Assembly: GCF_006345805.1 (NCBI RefSeq)
Contig: NC_043020.1
Coordinates: 23,684,001 to 23,748,000 of the forward strand
Length of the DNA stretch: 64,000 bases
Reading direction: 5' to 3'
Source of the DNA: Octopus sinensis
Taxonomy: Eukaryota
The notes under the pieces were generated by a model that worked only from the letters and a program-made list of their open reading frames with translations, was not told the origin of the DNA and did not search any database. Positions 25,851-39,903 of this stretch are shown piece by piece (the stretch's first letter is position 1; every line of letters begins with the position of its first letter). The position numbers and the translations under genes are program-made.

Positions 25851-26334
25851 ACACACAAACACACACTTATGTATGTATGTATGTATGTATGTATGGATTT
25901 ATGCATGTATGTATGTATGTATATATGTATGTGTTAGTATGAGCTGCAAGATGCTAGAAATCTTATATCATATCTTATTGTTGTTTTACTCCCTGAAGAT
26001 GTCTTGTCATTTCCGATACTCTTTTTAGATTCCCTTTGGTAGACGGATGTCATTTTCTTTCTTGAACGTTGATTATTATTTGATGTCTTAATTCAAAAGA
26101 TAAACTGAATGTTCAAATCCAATTAAAGTCAGATCTTGCTCGCCTTCCTTTGCTGCATCTATTAAAGACACATCTTTTTTCACCCCCACATACACAACAC
26201 ACACACGCACACACACACACATATATTTACATGTATGTATGTATGTATGTATGTATGTATGTATGTATGTATGTATATAAATATATATACAACCTGTCTT
26301 ATATATATGTATGTGTGTTTTTCTGTCTGTCTTT

Positions 26335-26518
26335 GCTTCCAATCATTGCTTGATAACCAGTGTTGTTTACGAACCTGTAACTTAGCGGTTCGGCGAAAGA
26401 GAACGATAGAGTTAGTACCATGCTTTAACCAAATGAGTACTGGGGTGACTTGTTCAACTAAAATTCACAAACACACAAACACACACACACACACATACAT
26501 ACACAGACACACACATAT

Positions 26519-26597
<79 letters not shown>

Positions 26598-26750
26598 TAC
26601 GACGAGCTTCTTTCGGTTTCCGTCTACCAAATCCACTCACAAGGCTTTGGTCGGCCCGAGGCTATAGTAGAAGACACTTGCCCAAGGTGACACACAGTGG
26701 GACTGAACACAGAACCATGTGGTTGGTAAGCAAGCTACTTACCACAGGTC
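26335..26750. mobile_element. SINE module B remnant (+) and module A (-) separated by a microsatellite
   Basis: taacttagcggttcggc motif; tttccgtctaccaaatccactcacaaggctttgg motif. Confidence 0.75.
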
Positions 26751-27102
26751 TGATTCCTTTTCCATCTTTACTTTATTTTGTCCTTTTCTTTCTGCAGTTC
26801 CTTTCAGACGTCCATGAGTTCTTCGTTACGTATTCAACAACCTTGTTACTCAAAGCAAAAATTATGCCTAACTCTTTTTCCCTCGAGAGGTCGAGATAAC
26901 GTGCATAGTAAAAAAAAAAGAAAAAAAGATGGTTGAAACGGGAATCGAAACCGTGTTTCCAATTGCCGACTTGTTTATGATTGGTTCCTTCTAAAATGTC
27001 AGTATGTGAATTAATGAATCAAAACTTTACTGCTTGTCAAATTATGGAAACATTTCTACCGACACCACAACACACACACACACATACACACGCACACACA
27101 CA

Positions 27103-27281
27103 CACACTTCACTATATCACGAACACATACGCATAAACACACACTCCGCTCTTACACATGTATTCCAACACATACCACATTACGTGCGCACACTTGCCAC
27201 ACCACACAAACACACAGATCACACATCATACCCTGTGCACCTACACTTACACACACACACACACACACACACACACCAGCT

Positions 27282-27312
<31 letters not shown>

Positions 27313-27480
27313 TTCACTATATCACACACACATACACCACGAACACATACGCATAAACACACATTCCGCTCTTACACATGTATCCCAACACATACCACAT
27401 TACGCGCGCACACTTGCCACACCACACAAACACACAGATCACACATCATACCCTGCGCTCCTACACTTACACACACGCGA
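27103..27480 (+). repeat. Duplicated CA-rich cryptic unit, about 220 bp period
   Basis: cacgaacacatacgcataaacacaca.tccgctcttacacatgtat..cacacagatcacacatcataccctg present twice. Confidence 0.85.
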
Positions 27481-27482
27481 TA

Positions 27483-27515
<33 letters not shown>

Positions 27516-28576
27516 CATGCACGCACACACACACACACACACACACACAGAGAAACATACACGCCATCCACACTGTATAAATGAATAAGAAAACTGTGTT
27601 TAAGATACTTTAACTTCATGTAAATGTCATATCAATCGAAACGAGCGAAGCAGACATAAATAACCAAAGAAACTAACAAATAAATGAATATTTATGCCGG
27701 AAATTGTCTAAACACATTAGACATTCTTTGATTATATTCGTCATTACCGTCACCCCTATCCACTCCACCGAAAAACAAAAACAAAAGAAATAAGTTAATT
27801 TTTGCTGAAGAATTTCGAATTTTATCAGTGGTTAATATGACAGGTTTTTTCAAAAAGAAAAAAAAGAGTTAGGAATAATGTTTGGCTTGTGTAATATGTT
27901 CGTTAAATATATAAAGAAGAAGGCATGGATGTCTTAAAGAAACTTCAGGGAAAAGAGAAGTAAATATAAATTGAGAAGTCAGTCTTATTAACTTATATTA
28001 TGTGCTTCCCAGACATGTTTTTAAAGCATCGGCCATTTTTGTTTTTGTATTACTGACGTTTCTTTAAGCACCCATCCCTAAATCCCTAGCTAGGAATCAC
28101 AGCTCTTTCCTTTTAATGTACTTAGTTGTCAGATAAATTTCCTTGTTCCTACCCTCACCCAACCTATCCCACTTGGCACTCAATCATCGTATGTCTAAAA
28201 ATAGACAATTTTTAGACGTCGTATGTCTAAAAATAGACAATAGGAAAGACTATTCAAATTTCAAACACAATAAGCAGAAGTTATAGAGGAAGAACGGAAA
28301 TAAATTACAAATAAATAAATAAAATAAACAACTACATAAAATCCCATAAAACGCTACAATAAAAATAGCTTCCGTGTTAATTCAGTTGACACCTGAAAGG
28401 ATTAAAATACATGGAAAAACCCCAACGAATTTATCTGGCAGCTCTAATCTTGGCACAAAACCAGACATTTCAGTATGGGAGCAGGTCAATTACATCAACC
28501 CCATTGATCAAATACTTCCTATTTTATCGACTTCAAAAGCATGAAAGGCAAAGTCTCATATCAGTTCGTCGGAGAG

Positions 28577-28608
<32 letters not shown>

Positions 28609-28841
28609 AATATATATATATATATAGCAATAATAAATCTCTGAACGAGATGTAAACAGTTAACCGCTCGACAACGTAAAGTATACTAGCCATCTCAATA
28701 TGGCTAACCACTAAGGGTGGGAGTAACAGCTTTTGTTATATTTCTGCTGCTTTTAAATAAAGCATACTACTCTACCTTTGATATTTGAGTACTCTTTTTC
28801 CACCTTGTTTCACATTTATGTGCTTACCCCGTATATATATA

Positions 28842-28905
<64 letters not shown>

Positions 28906-29175
28906 GTATGTGTGTATTTGTGTGTGTATATATCTATGTATGTATGTATATATGAGACAGAGACGAGTGAAGAGTGAGAAGGGAAAGTAAAAAGATAAAT
29001 AGAATGAGTGATAGGGAAGCGCAATTCATATATGTGTACAAGTATATGCACATATGTCTGTGCTTTGTGTTCGAGTACCTGAAATTATGTAAATATAGAT
29101 AAGATGTATATTTATATACGTATATCGATATATATTTGTTTGCATCTGTGTATATATATATATGTGTATATATAT

Positions 29176-29211
<36 letters not shown>

Positions 29212-29311
29212 AAATATATATATATATTAAGTTACACGGGTGACAGATAAATACTTGTGTAGATAACTACATAAGCAGATTAATATACATAGATACATAT
29301 ATACATATACA

Positions 29312-29367
<56 letters not shown>

Positions 29368-29964
29368 CATAAATATATGTGTATATATATATATAAAAAA
29401 TATACACACATAGTGAGAAGAAGATAGAGAGAGAGAGCGCGACGGAAAGACGAGCAGACAGCTAGATTGATAGTCAGACAGATAGTACGTCTCTTGATAG
29501 AGAGACAAATGCTAATGTAAATGGATAGCTAGAATTAAATCAAAAGTAAAAAAATAAGAATAACACTTACGAAAACCATCACTCAAAACAAACGATAGAA
29601 CAAAACAAAAATGGCGACGGAAAAAAGTAAGAAGCAAAAAGGGAGGTGGAAGTAGGAGGAAGTGTTGATAAGAAGGTTGCAAAGGACGTAAGCCGTGGGG
29701 AAAGAGGAAGGACAAAGAGATGTGGCTACTCTTTCGACAAGTTTAGTTTCGTATTGACAGACGGATGTAGAGTTTAATTTGTGATTCAGTAAATTTTGAC
29801 AATTCGGTTAGAGGAGTTGCGCAAACAACTTGAGAGATGTTTTGCTATGATAAATAATGTCAATACTATGCTGCGTTGCTACTTAGACACATGCAGATAA
29901 TATATCTATATATGTAAATGCATAAGTAAATAAAAGTATAGGTTTACAGACATACAGACATATG

Positions 29965-30015
<51 letters not shown>

Positions 30016-30338
30016 AATACATACATACATGCGTACATAATTATACCACACACATATGCAAATACATATATGTTTATAAATGATATACATTTGGATGTAT
30101 ATATTCGTACACATGTACATAAATGCATATATATGCTTGAATGTATATGTCTACATTTTATTTATATTTTATTTTATTTTATCTAGTTTCAGCTCACGAG
30201 CTGTGGCCATGCTGGGGCACGGCCATTTGGTATTGCTACATATTTTACTTCACGAATACTATTTAGGGATTGACATTTGGTGCATGAGAAAGTTTGACGC
30301 AGCTGCCCCCATCTGTGTGTGTGTATGTATATATATAT

Positions 30339-30403
<65 letters not shown>

Positions 30404-30404
30404 G

Positions 30405-30600
30405 GGAGAGTTTACGAAAAAACAACAACAAAAGACGAAGACAGGTGGCGTACAAAACAAACAAGATGTATTAGTATAACGTTCAGGAATAGAAAAAAGA
30501 CGTTTCGAGCCTACGTTCTTCTACAGAAAGGGACACAGAAAAAAAAACGAGGAGAGAAACAGGGAGAGAAAAAAATGTGTGTAGTGGCTAACGATTTATC
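30405..30600 (-). mobile_element. Solo PLE pLTR-like piece with a degenerate hammerhead (30499-30530)
   Basis: Homologous to 22640-22830 and 51255-51430; CTGTAGAAGAAcgtaggCTCGAAACGTC; flanked by (AT)n. Confidence 0.65.
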
Positions 30601-31291
30601 ATATATATATATAATTATAAAAATTGGGAGATAGGTCCAGGTAGATATGAAGTAAGTTTCAGAAGTGAACCGAAGAACATATAGTGTTTCCAACAATTAG
30701 TTTCTGTCTTGATACATGATGTACATAGATGTGCCTAGGTCCAGAGGATATGAAACAAGGTTAACAATGGAAAAATGGTGTATCAATTAATTACTTATGC
30801 ATTTTTACATCTATAAAATCCATAAACTATAGACATTAATAAATAAATAACATACCCGACATATATTTCAGCTGATTTACCAAGAGCGTATCCATTTATA
30901 ATTAAATAATTAAATAATTAAATAATTAATCAATATAATCTATTTAGTAAAACAGCTTCATGAGGGAATTTAAGAGGAAGTTCCTAGTTACACCATTTGA
31001 AATTGTCCTATAGGTAAATATGAATAACGTAAATCTCGATTAACCGTTGAAAGTATTTTCGCTTTTAGGAACGCTAAATAAAATTTGCATGTCTGTAGTA
31101 GATAAATAAAAATAAAACTTCAAACAAAACGACTATTCTAAATTATTACAATTAGCAATAATATACAAACATAAATATGTATGACATTATTATGTTCAAT
31201 AAACGAAATATTCTTTACTAATTATATCCCGTACTTTAGATATAGTATATTATTATGAATTAACATTTCTTAATTCTGTTTTATATAATAA

Positions 31292-31584
31292 CTAGCAGTA
31301 TCGCCCGGCGTTGCTCGTGTTTGTTTCGGCGCTTTAGAATTGGAATTTTTGAAAAGTAAAAATTTTGCATTATTTAGCTTGTTACTCTCTTTCGGTTGAA
31401 ATACATTGAAAAATGGCCGGATAACTGAAGAGATAGCGGCGTGGATTTCCACCTCGACATCCAAAACTCGGAGTTTTATCATGGCTACCGAATAATTGTC
31501 ACATATTAAGTTTACAAATAAATTCCACTATTAAGATAATATCGATGTCTCTTTCTTTCTTTTGTTGTCTTACCATCTTTATCA

Positions 31585-31618
<34 letters not shown>

Positions 31619-31959
31619 ATATATTGAAAGAACGAGAAAGAGAGAGTAAATGTGTATACCGATGTTTCTGGGTATCAGTGTCTGTGTACGTATATGTGTG
31701 ACACTGACTCGAATTAGTAAGTACTCAAAATAATTTGGTAGATTCGAAAAAATCTTGTGTAAATTTATAAATTTTAAATGTGCGTTAGTAGTTATTCTGA
31801 GTTCCTAGTTTTAGAAGTGACGTCTACAGGTCTTTGGTGGATTTTATAAAATTCATTATAGCCCGAATAACTTTGTGCAAGTGACATTGAAAATCAGTTG
31901 GGTGCGAAAATATAGACTAGAAACAGACAGGCGAAGCTGATCTTGTATGTAATAGAAGA
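31292..31959 (-). mobile_element. Non-autonomous Helitron
   Basis: 3' end gcaacgccgggcgatactgCTAG|T, the same terminus as at 18245-18268; candidate 5' A|TC at 31959 is uncertain. Confidence 0.6.
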
Positions 31960-32179
31960 TAAAATGGAAATGGAAATTTGTCAAGATTACCAATGTAGAT
32001 CGATGAAGCGAAAATTTTCTAGAAATATACCATTAATACCCACTCTGTGAGAATTAATGGAAAATTTCTAGTCTATCTTTCTCTCTGTCTATTTCTTTCT
32101 CTTTCTCGCTCCACATAATACTTATAATATAATACAATATGATATTATGTATATATATATATGTATATATATATGTTAG

Positions 32180-32212
<33 letters not shown>

Positions 32213-32234
32213 TATATATGTATATATACATACA

Positions 32235-32292
<58 letters not shown>

Positions 32293-32639
32293 ATATATAT
32301 ATATATACACATATATATATATGTTTATATATACAAATAATGAGAGAGAGTCCACATGTGGTCACTTCTAACGCTAGATATAGATGCACGAAGGGAATCC
32401 ACCACTAAAGAAATGTTCTCAAGAATTAATTCAACGCGCCAAGAATGTAAGCGAGCAGGACAAATAAAAATAAACGAAATATAGATTAACTCTATACAAT
32501 TGTTTCACCGTTAATAGATTGTGTAATTTGTTATATATAGACATATATATATAATACGATATCATATATATATTGCGTATATATATATATATCGAGTGTT
32601 TTGGCTAAGATCAATGTCTAATATCTACTCTTAACAGTT

Positions 32640-32671
<32 letters not shown>

Positions 32672-32848
32672 ATTATATATATATATAATATATATATATA
32701 CGGTTTAAGTAATTGAGATTCAAGTGAATTCTAATGAATTCACATGAATATGGTCCTTAACTAGGATGCACCGGAAATCTATATGGTGTTAACCATACGA
32801 CAAGTGAGGTGATTACAAATAGGAAAAAGCAACAAGAATGGATTAAAA

Positions 32849-32935
32849 TCTCGGTACAATTGTTTCGTACGAGGACATCTTAATAAGCTACAAAAAATGT
32901 AGTAAATATAGATGGCTCGTACTCATCAGCCGAAA
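32849..32935 (-). ncRNA. Canonical type I hammerhead ribozyme (left-arm copy)
   Basis: Reverse complement of 37065-37152 with all core nucleotides intact. Confidence 0.85.
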
Positions 32936-33004
32936 AAACATCAGAGATTCCCAAACATCAAAGGGTAGATACAAATGAGGGTGTAAGTTTAACTGCATTG
33001 AAGA

Positions 33005-33425
33005 AAGTTCGATTCCTGGAGATCCGATGAAAGGTCTTGAACTTAGAGAATTTTGTGCATGTCCATATATAGCTCATAGTGAATTTTTAATCAAGTTATG
33101 TGAAGAAATTTTGGATACAGTCATGCGAAATTCTGAGAATCCGAGTAAGAAGCAAAGTGACTGCATATCGTGTAGAGAGGAACAGATTGTTATTGAAATT
33201 TACAAGAATCACAGATAAGTTCGATTCCTGTAGATCCGATGAAAAATCTGAACTTACAGAATATGTGCATGTCCATATAGTTCATAGGTGAATTATTAAT
33301 CAAGTTATGTGAAGAATTTTGGGTACAATCGTGCGAAATTTCAGGGAATCCGAGTGAGAAGCAAAATGACAATCTTATTCTGTAGAGAACAGATTGTTAT
33401 TGAAAATTACAAGAATCACAGAGAG
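33005..33425 (+). repeat. About 212-bp two-copy tandem repeat inside the PLE terminal arm (mirrored at about 36580-36995)
   Basis: aagttcgattcctg.agatccgatgaaa at about 33005 and 33217. Confidence 0.85.
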
Positions 33426-33870
33426 AAGAGGAAGGAAGTAGAATTTAGTCAGTTACTGCTATTAAATGCTATCAAAGAGAAGGGAAAGGGGAAGCTAGGG
33501 GAGGGAGGGACACAAGTTGATACTATAAGAAAAATCTAAGCTCATTTGGTGCAAAATTCGAACTGAGGTCAATTAATTTATTTCTTTATTTATTAATGTT
33601 AATATTAATAGATTGTCAGGTTACAATGAGAGGTCAGTAGAAAGGAAAGAAAAAAAGGAGTTGTTTTCTAATGAAACCAAACAATTATATTATTATTATA
33701 TTATATTATATTATATTATATTATATTATATTATATTATGATATAATATATTATAATAGGTTTGGGATTAGCAGAATTAATTATTAGTGTAAAAGAAACT
33801 AAGAAGTTTAACTAACTAATTTTTTATAGGTATGTTAAAGTGAAATAGACTAAGAAATAGAGATATAAAA

Positions 33871-35919
33871 TAAATCACACATAGAAAGAATCAAAAAGAA
33901 AATTAATAGGTTTTTTAAAGATTTCAACCTTAGCATAACCTATAAACCAGGCATTAAAATAGCTAATTTTCTAGATATTACTTTAGACCTTAACTCCAAA
34001 CAATTATCCATTTAGAAAAGAAGGTGAAATAACTAGTTACGAGTAAATTATCTAATCATCCCCAAATATAATTAATTCCTTAATTAGAAATATTTCCATG
34101 AGAATATCCAAATTATCGTCTAATTTTGATATATTTAACTCACACACAGGACATTACAATGAGGCGTTATCTAGAGCAGGATATAACCAAAAAATTACAT
34201 TTATTGATATGGAAAACTTACAAACTCATAATAATTTAAATAATTTAAATAGCAATAACCACATAAACAACAAAAACGATCAAGCCGAAAAGATACGTAG
34301 AGGTAGATTTAATACATCTAATCGTAATGATAATAAGTACAAGGATAAATACATAGACCATAACATAGATAGCCCTGATAAGACAATCTTAGAGAAAATT
34401 AAGAAACATACAATTAGTAACGAAGGCAACAATAATGACCAAGCCAGAAATGATAGTAGAAATAGATTTACAACGGCAAAGTACCCTAATGATATTAAGA
34501 ACATTAATAAAAACATAGTAGTGAACACTTGTAATAAGGATAAAATAAACTTGGATAAAACTAATAAACATGCAAATAGGAACATTAATAAATACAAAGA
34601 ATCTGATGAGAGTAGAACAATTCTAACAGCCCTAACTCTAATTCTAAGAAATTTAATAAGAAAGACATAATATGGCTAAACATCCCTTTTAACTGTGCGG
34701 TTTCATCAGATATTCAGAGTAGATTCAAAATAATTCTTGAAAAAAATTTTCCATCCTCTCATAGATATCATAAAATTATTTCTAAAAAAACAGTCAGAAT
34801 TTCTTATTCAACTCCCAAATATGTCCACTTTAATAGCTAAGATCAATAATAAAAACATAAAACTAGCCAGAAAAATTTAAACAATAAAAATAAAAATACA
34901 ATTGAAAATGTAATAACATTACTGAAAGTAATAATTGCAACAATGATAATAAGGAATGTCATATATAAATATAACCAATAGCTATAGAATTGTTAACAAT
35001 AATAATAACATAAATAGGAATGATTATGTTAATAATAGGAATATACCAGGATGTAAGTACAGGAATGAGGACAACAATGTTATCAGCAACAACACTACAC
35101 ATTTAGAAAACAATACCGACAACAATACTAACAGCATCAACAATATCAATAATGATAGTAGGGTTATAGAACCAAATGATAGTGTAGGAATACCGATAAA
35201 TGATAACACTACTTTAGGTAATAACATTAACTACAATAATGGTAACATTATTTTAGATAACAACACCAATAATATTAATAATGAAAATAGAGCTTTAGAA
35301 CCAAATGAAAATGTAAGAATACCAATAAATGATAATACTACTTTAGATAATAATATTAACTACAATAATGATAAAGTTATTTTAGATAGCAGCAATAACC
35401 AAAATCATGATAAATATACCCGCACTGCTTCGAGTAACAGTAATATGAGACTTCTATCCTCAAGTTATTCTACTTCAAATTATAATTCCCCTAGATGTAA
35501 CTGCAGAATTTAAATCAAAATGCGCACCTGGTTTATGCGGGTTAAATAACATAATCTACAAATGCTCCATAACCACAGATAATAAATAAATTCACTTATG
35601 TTGGATGTACTGTAAATTTTAAGAAAAGATGAGTAACATCTATCCTCCTTCAGATTACGTCATAAAGCTGATAGCACCACTCTTTCTAGTAAAATTTGGG
35701 AACTAAAAAACAATAATATCAAATATAACCTTAATTGGAAATTAGTCAGAAGAGCAATACCCTATAAAAATAGCAGAGTAGGTTGTCAACTTTGCTCCAT
35801 GGAAACATTTGAAATACTAATGTATAGAAAAAAATAGGGAAATTTCACTGAACAGCAGAATTGAATTAGGAATTTCTTTTATACACGCTCGAACTAAGAC
35901 TCTTAAATATTTTAAATGA
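33871..35919 (+). pseudogene. PLE ORF remnant: RT C-terminus, Asn-rich inserts, Cys-rich linker and GIY-YIG endonuclease
   Basis: KSHIERIKKKINRFFKDFNLSIT..NFLDITLDL..SNHPPNII..ISMRISKLSS..YNEALSRAGY; IIWLNIPFN..FP..HKI..VRISYS; CNCRI..C..C..IIYKC; HLSSFRLRHKADSTTLSSKIWELK..WKLVRRAIPY..CQLCSME; several frameshifts. Confidence 0.9.
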
Positions 35920-37064
35920 TATTTTAATTGACAACTGTATATTAAAATAACTTTGTATAAAATCACTTTGATTTATACTTTATTCCTACATAGTATATTA
36001 TATATTTAACTAGACAGATACGATCTAACTAGCTATGATTATATTCTCTCTCTAACTGTACTATTTAATACTTATTGATTTAAGTTATTTGATTTATTTC
36101 TATTATACTATATAGATAATTTAAATTTTGCTCTATTTTTATCTCTATTTCTTAGTCTATTTCACTTTAACCTACCTATAAAAAATTAATTAGTTAAACT
36201 TCTTAGTTTCTTTTACACTAATAATTAATTTGCTAACCAAAACCTATTATAATATATTATTATAATATAATATAATATAAATAATATAATATAATATAAT
36301 ATAATATAATAATAATATAATTGTTTGGTTTCATTAGAAAACAACTCCTTTTTTTCTTTCCTTTCTACTGACCTCTCATTGTAACCTGACAATCTATTAA
36401 TAGTAACATTAATAAATAAAGAAATAAATTAATTGACCTGAGTTCGAATTTTGCACCAAATGAGCTTAGATTTTTCTTATAGTATCAACTTGTGTCCCTC
36501 CCCTTAGCTTCCCGTTCCCTTCTCTTTGATAGCATTTAATAGCAGTAACTGACTAAATTCTACTTCCTTCCTCTTCTCTCTGTGATTCTTGTAATTTTCA
36601 ATAACAATCTGTTCCTCTACAGAATAAGATTGTCATTTTGCTTCTCACTCGGATTCCCTGAAATTTCGCACGATTGTACCCAAAATTTCTACACATAACT
36701 TGATTAATAATTCACTATGAACTATATGGACATGCACATATTCTGTAAGTTCAAGACTTTTCATCGGATCTCCAGGAATCGAACTTTCTGTGATTCTTGT
36801 AAATTCATAACAATCTGTTCCTCTACACGAATGACAGTCACTTTGCTTCTTACTCGGATTCTCAGAAATTTCGCATGACTGTATCCAAAATTTCTTCACA
36901 TAACTTGATTAACAATTCACTATGAGCTATATATGGACATGCACAAATTCTCTAAGTTCAAGACCTTTCATCGGATCTCCAGGAATCGAACTTTCTTCAA
37001 TGCAGTTAAACTTACACCCTCATTTGTATCTACCCCTTTTGATGTTTGGGAATCTCTGATGTTT

Positions 37065-37152
37065 TTTCGGCTGATGAGTACGAGCCATCTATATTTACTA
37101 CATTTTTTGTAGCTTATTAAAGATGTCCTCGTACGAAACAATTGTACCGAGA
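37065..37152 (+). ncRNA. Canonical type I hammerhead ribozyme (right-arm copy)
   Basis: tttcgg-CTGATGA-GTACGAG[loop]CTCGTAC-GAAAC-aatt-GTA|ccgaga; predicted cleavage after 37146. Confidence 0.9.
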
Positions 37153-37803
37153 TTTTAATCCATTCTTGTTGCTTTTTTCCTATATATATATATATATATG
37201 GCAAATAACATATATGTAGATATGTATATATATATATACGCAATATATATATATATGGCAAATAACATATATGTAGATATGTATATAAACGCATATATAT
37301 ATATACACACACACCCACACGTGGCAATGTCATCACTTCATCGTTCCTTCAAACACGAGCAGTATGTACGGACCTTTTATCTTATGCGTAGGTGTGGCAG
37401 CTATATGGACCGCACATACCGGCCTGTAGCATGTGTTTAGAGAGTACCAGATACCTTTAGATGTGCCTTTATTCCATGATGGAATTTTTCAATAAGTGTT
37501 TCTGTTCTTTTTTTTTGTTTGAGGTTACGGCCAGCAGTACCATGCACCACATCACAGAGAAGATAATAGAGATGTTGAAAATTCAAAGCCTTTTAAAGTG
37601 AAGAGAGGCCATGTTCAGTGTCAATCCCACTCTCCAAACAACGTATGCATTTTTTCCCAAAAGAAGAAATATTCAGCACCATTCAAGATCATTCGATGTA
37701 AACAAAGTCGCAGGTGTTACCGAGTAGAAGACACCTGCCTAAGTTGCAACATAGTGGACCCGGAACTATAAGGCTGGGAGGAAAGCTTCTTACAACACAA
37801 CCA

Positions 37804-37867
<64 letters not shown>

Positions 37868-38317
37868 TACACACACACACACGCACACACACACAAACAG
37901 ACACGCACACTCACACGCACAAAGACACACACCTTTACATGTATGTGAGCATTTATGTACGTATTACTCAAATTAACCGCCTGCAACACAATTAACTGTC
38001 AATTAAGATTCATATAATCGCAATCTAATGTTACAAGATCTCCCGATTCCTCACCACCCCGAAAAATAATTACGCTTTCGTCATCAACGAGTTAAGTTTA
38101 AGTTATTTTCTCCACTGACAACTAAATCCACCGTAATTAAATTGCAGTTAGCAAACGTGTTTGGCATCTCATATTCTTCACATTATCTTTAATCTAATGA
38201 CCCAAAGTTCGACTTTAAATATCTATAATATTTTGGCCTGCCATTTGACATATCATTTCCGTGAAGGTTGACAGTCAATTAAGTCACACTTAATTATGGG
38301 TTAAATTATCCGAAAAC

Positions 38318-38427
38318 CTGCTGCATTTCTGACGACATTCCTCGCCAAAGTTTATTCTGCATCGGGTTACAGATACTCTTCAGGTCTCTCATCTCATCAG
38401 AAATACAAAATACCGGCAAAAGTCTAT
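38318..38427 (-). CDS. Candidate internal exon of an unidentified host gene
   Basis: ttttcag acceptor, 110-nt open frame xRLLPVFCISDEMRDLKSICNPMQNKLWRGMSSEMQQ, weak GTTTTC donor; phase-compatible with 45073-45143. Confidence 0.3.
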
Positions 38428-38456
38428 CTGAAAATTTGTTATCTCTCTCTCTCTCT

Positions 38457-38870
38457 CTTTTACTCTTTTACTCTTTTACTTGTTTCAGTCATTTGACTGC
38501 GGCCATGCTGGAGCACCGCCTTTAATCGAGCGACTCGACCCCGGGACTTATTCTTTTTTTGTAAGCCCAGTACTTATTCTATCGGTCTCTTTTGCCGAAC
38601 AGCTAAGTAACGGGAACATAAACACACCAGCATCGGTTGTCAAGCAATGCTAGAGGGACAATCACAGACACACAAAACACACACACACACACACATATAT
38701 ATATACATATATACGACGGGCTTCTTTCAGTTTCCGTCTACCAAACCCACTCACAAGGCTTTGGTCGACCCGAGGCTATAGTAGAAGACACTTGTCCAAG
38801 GTGCCACGCAGTGAGACTGAACCCGGAACCATGTGGTTGGTGAACAAGCTACTTACCACACAGCCACTCC
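38457..38870 (-). mobile_element. Full composite A+B SINE
   Basis: Same architecture as 3243-3630. Confidence 0.85.
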
Positions 38871-39098
38871 TGTTACAATATATATTCTACTAACTTATTT
38901 TATTTCTTTTAATTATTGAAATGCGACCATGCTGGGGCACTGCCTAGAGGCTTTTAGTCAAACAAATCAACTATAGTACTTATTTTACTCTTTAAATCTG
39001 GTAAGGATTCTATCGATCTCTGCCGACACGCTATATTTACAATGACTTAGATAAACAATGGTTGTCAGCTCGCAGATATGGGCAAACACACTCGCAAC

Positions 39099-39147
<49 letters not shown>

Positions 39148-39334
39148 TGTATGTATGTACATATATACGACGGGCTTCTTTCAGTTTCCGTCTACCAAAT
39201 CCATTCACAAGGCTTTGATCGGCCCGTAGACGACACTTACCCAAGTTCCCACGCTGTAGGACTGAACCCACAACCATATGGTTGGGAAGCAAGCTTCTTA
39301 CCACACACATATATTATGTGTATTATATATATAT

Positions 39335-39365
<31 letters not shown>

Positions 39366-39492
39366 TATAGATAGATAGATAGATAGATAATGAGGGAGAT
39401 AAATTTAATATTAATTTAATTAATATCAATTTAAAACCAGTAGCCTAGCATACAAAAATCTGAAAAATCAGAGAAAATTCTAATACATGTGT

Positions 39493-39841
39493 ATATTTAA
39501 AGGGCTAAAAAACCACTATGTGGTCAGCCATATGCTAGAAGTAGATCACCTACGATCAAATTACAAAGAAAAGAATGTTCTCTAGAGGAAAATTCCGCGG
39601 ACACCAGAAAAATATGCGGGCAATACAGATGAAAATCATATAAAAAAAAAGAATTAATCGCAAACCTAGGTTTCACCTATGTCTGCGATTAATTCTTGTT
39701 TTTTATATAATTTTCATCTGTCTTGCCCGCATATTGTTCTGGTTCTCTCTAGAGAACATTCTTTTCTTTGTAGTTTGATCGCAGGTGATCTACTTCTAGC
39801 ATATGGCTGACCACATAGTGGTTTTTTAGCCCTTTAAATAT
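39493..39841. repeat. 349-bp near-perfect hairpin (fold-back) with a 5-nt loop
   Basis: tatttaaagggctaaaaaaccactatgtggtcagcc... pairs with ...ggctgaccacatagtggttttttagccctttaaata; loop 39671-39675. Confidence 0.95.

Positions 39842-39903
<62 letters not shown>

Larger units (their letters stand above)
32701..37183 (+). mobile_element. 5'-truncated Penelope-like element with an inverted copy of its 3' terminal region (about 1.05-kb arms, 32819-33870 and 36136-37183)
   Basis: Arms are reverse complements; coding remnant lies between them; (AT)n at both outer ends. Confidence 0.9.

Noticed and set aside
34280-35227. Hydrophobic minus-strand ORFs resembling membrane proteins
   Set aside because: Antisense shadows of the Asn-rich PLE coding strand
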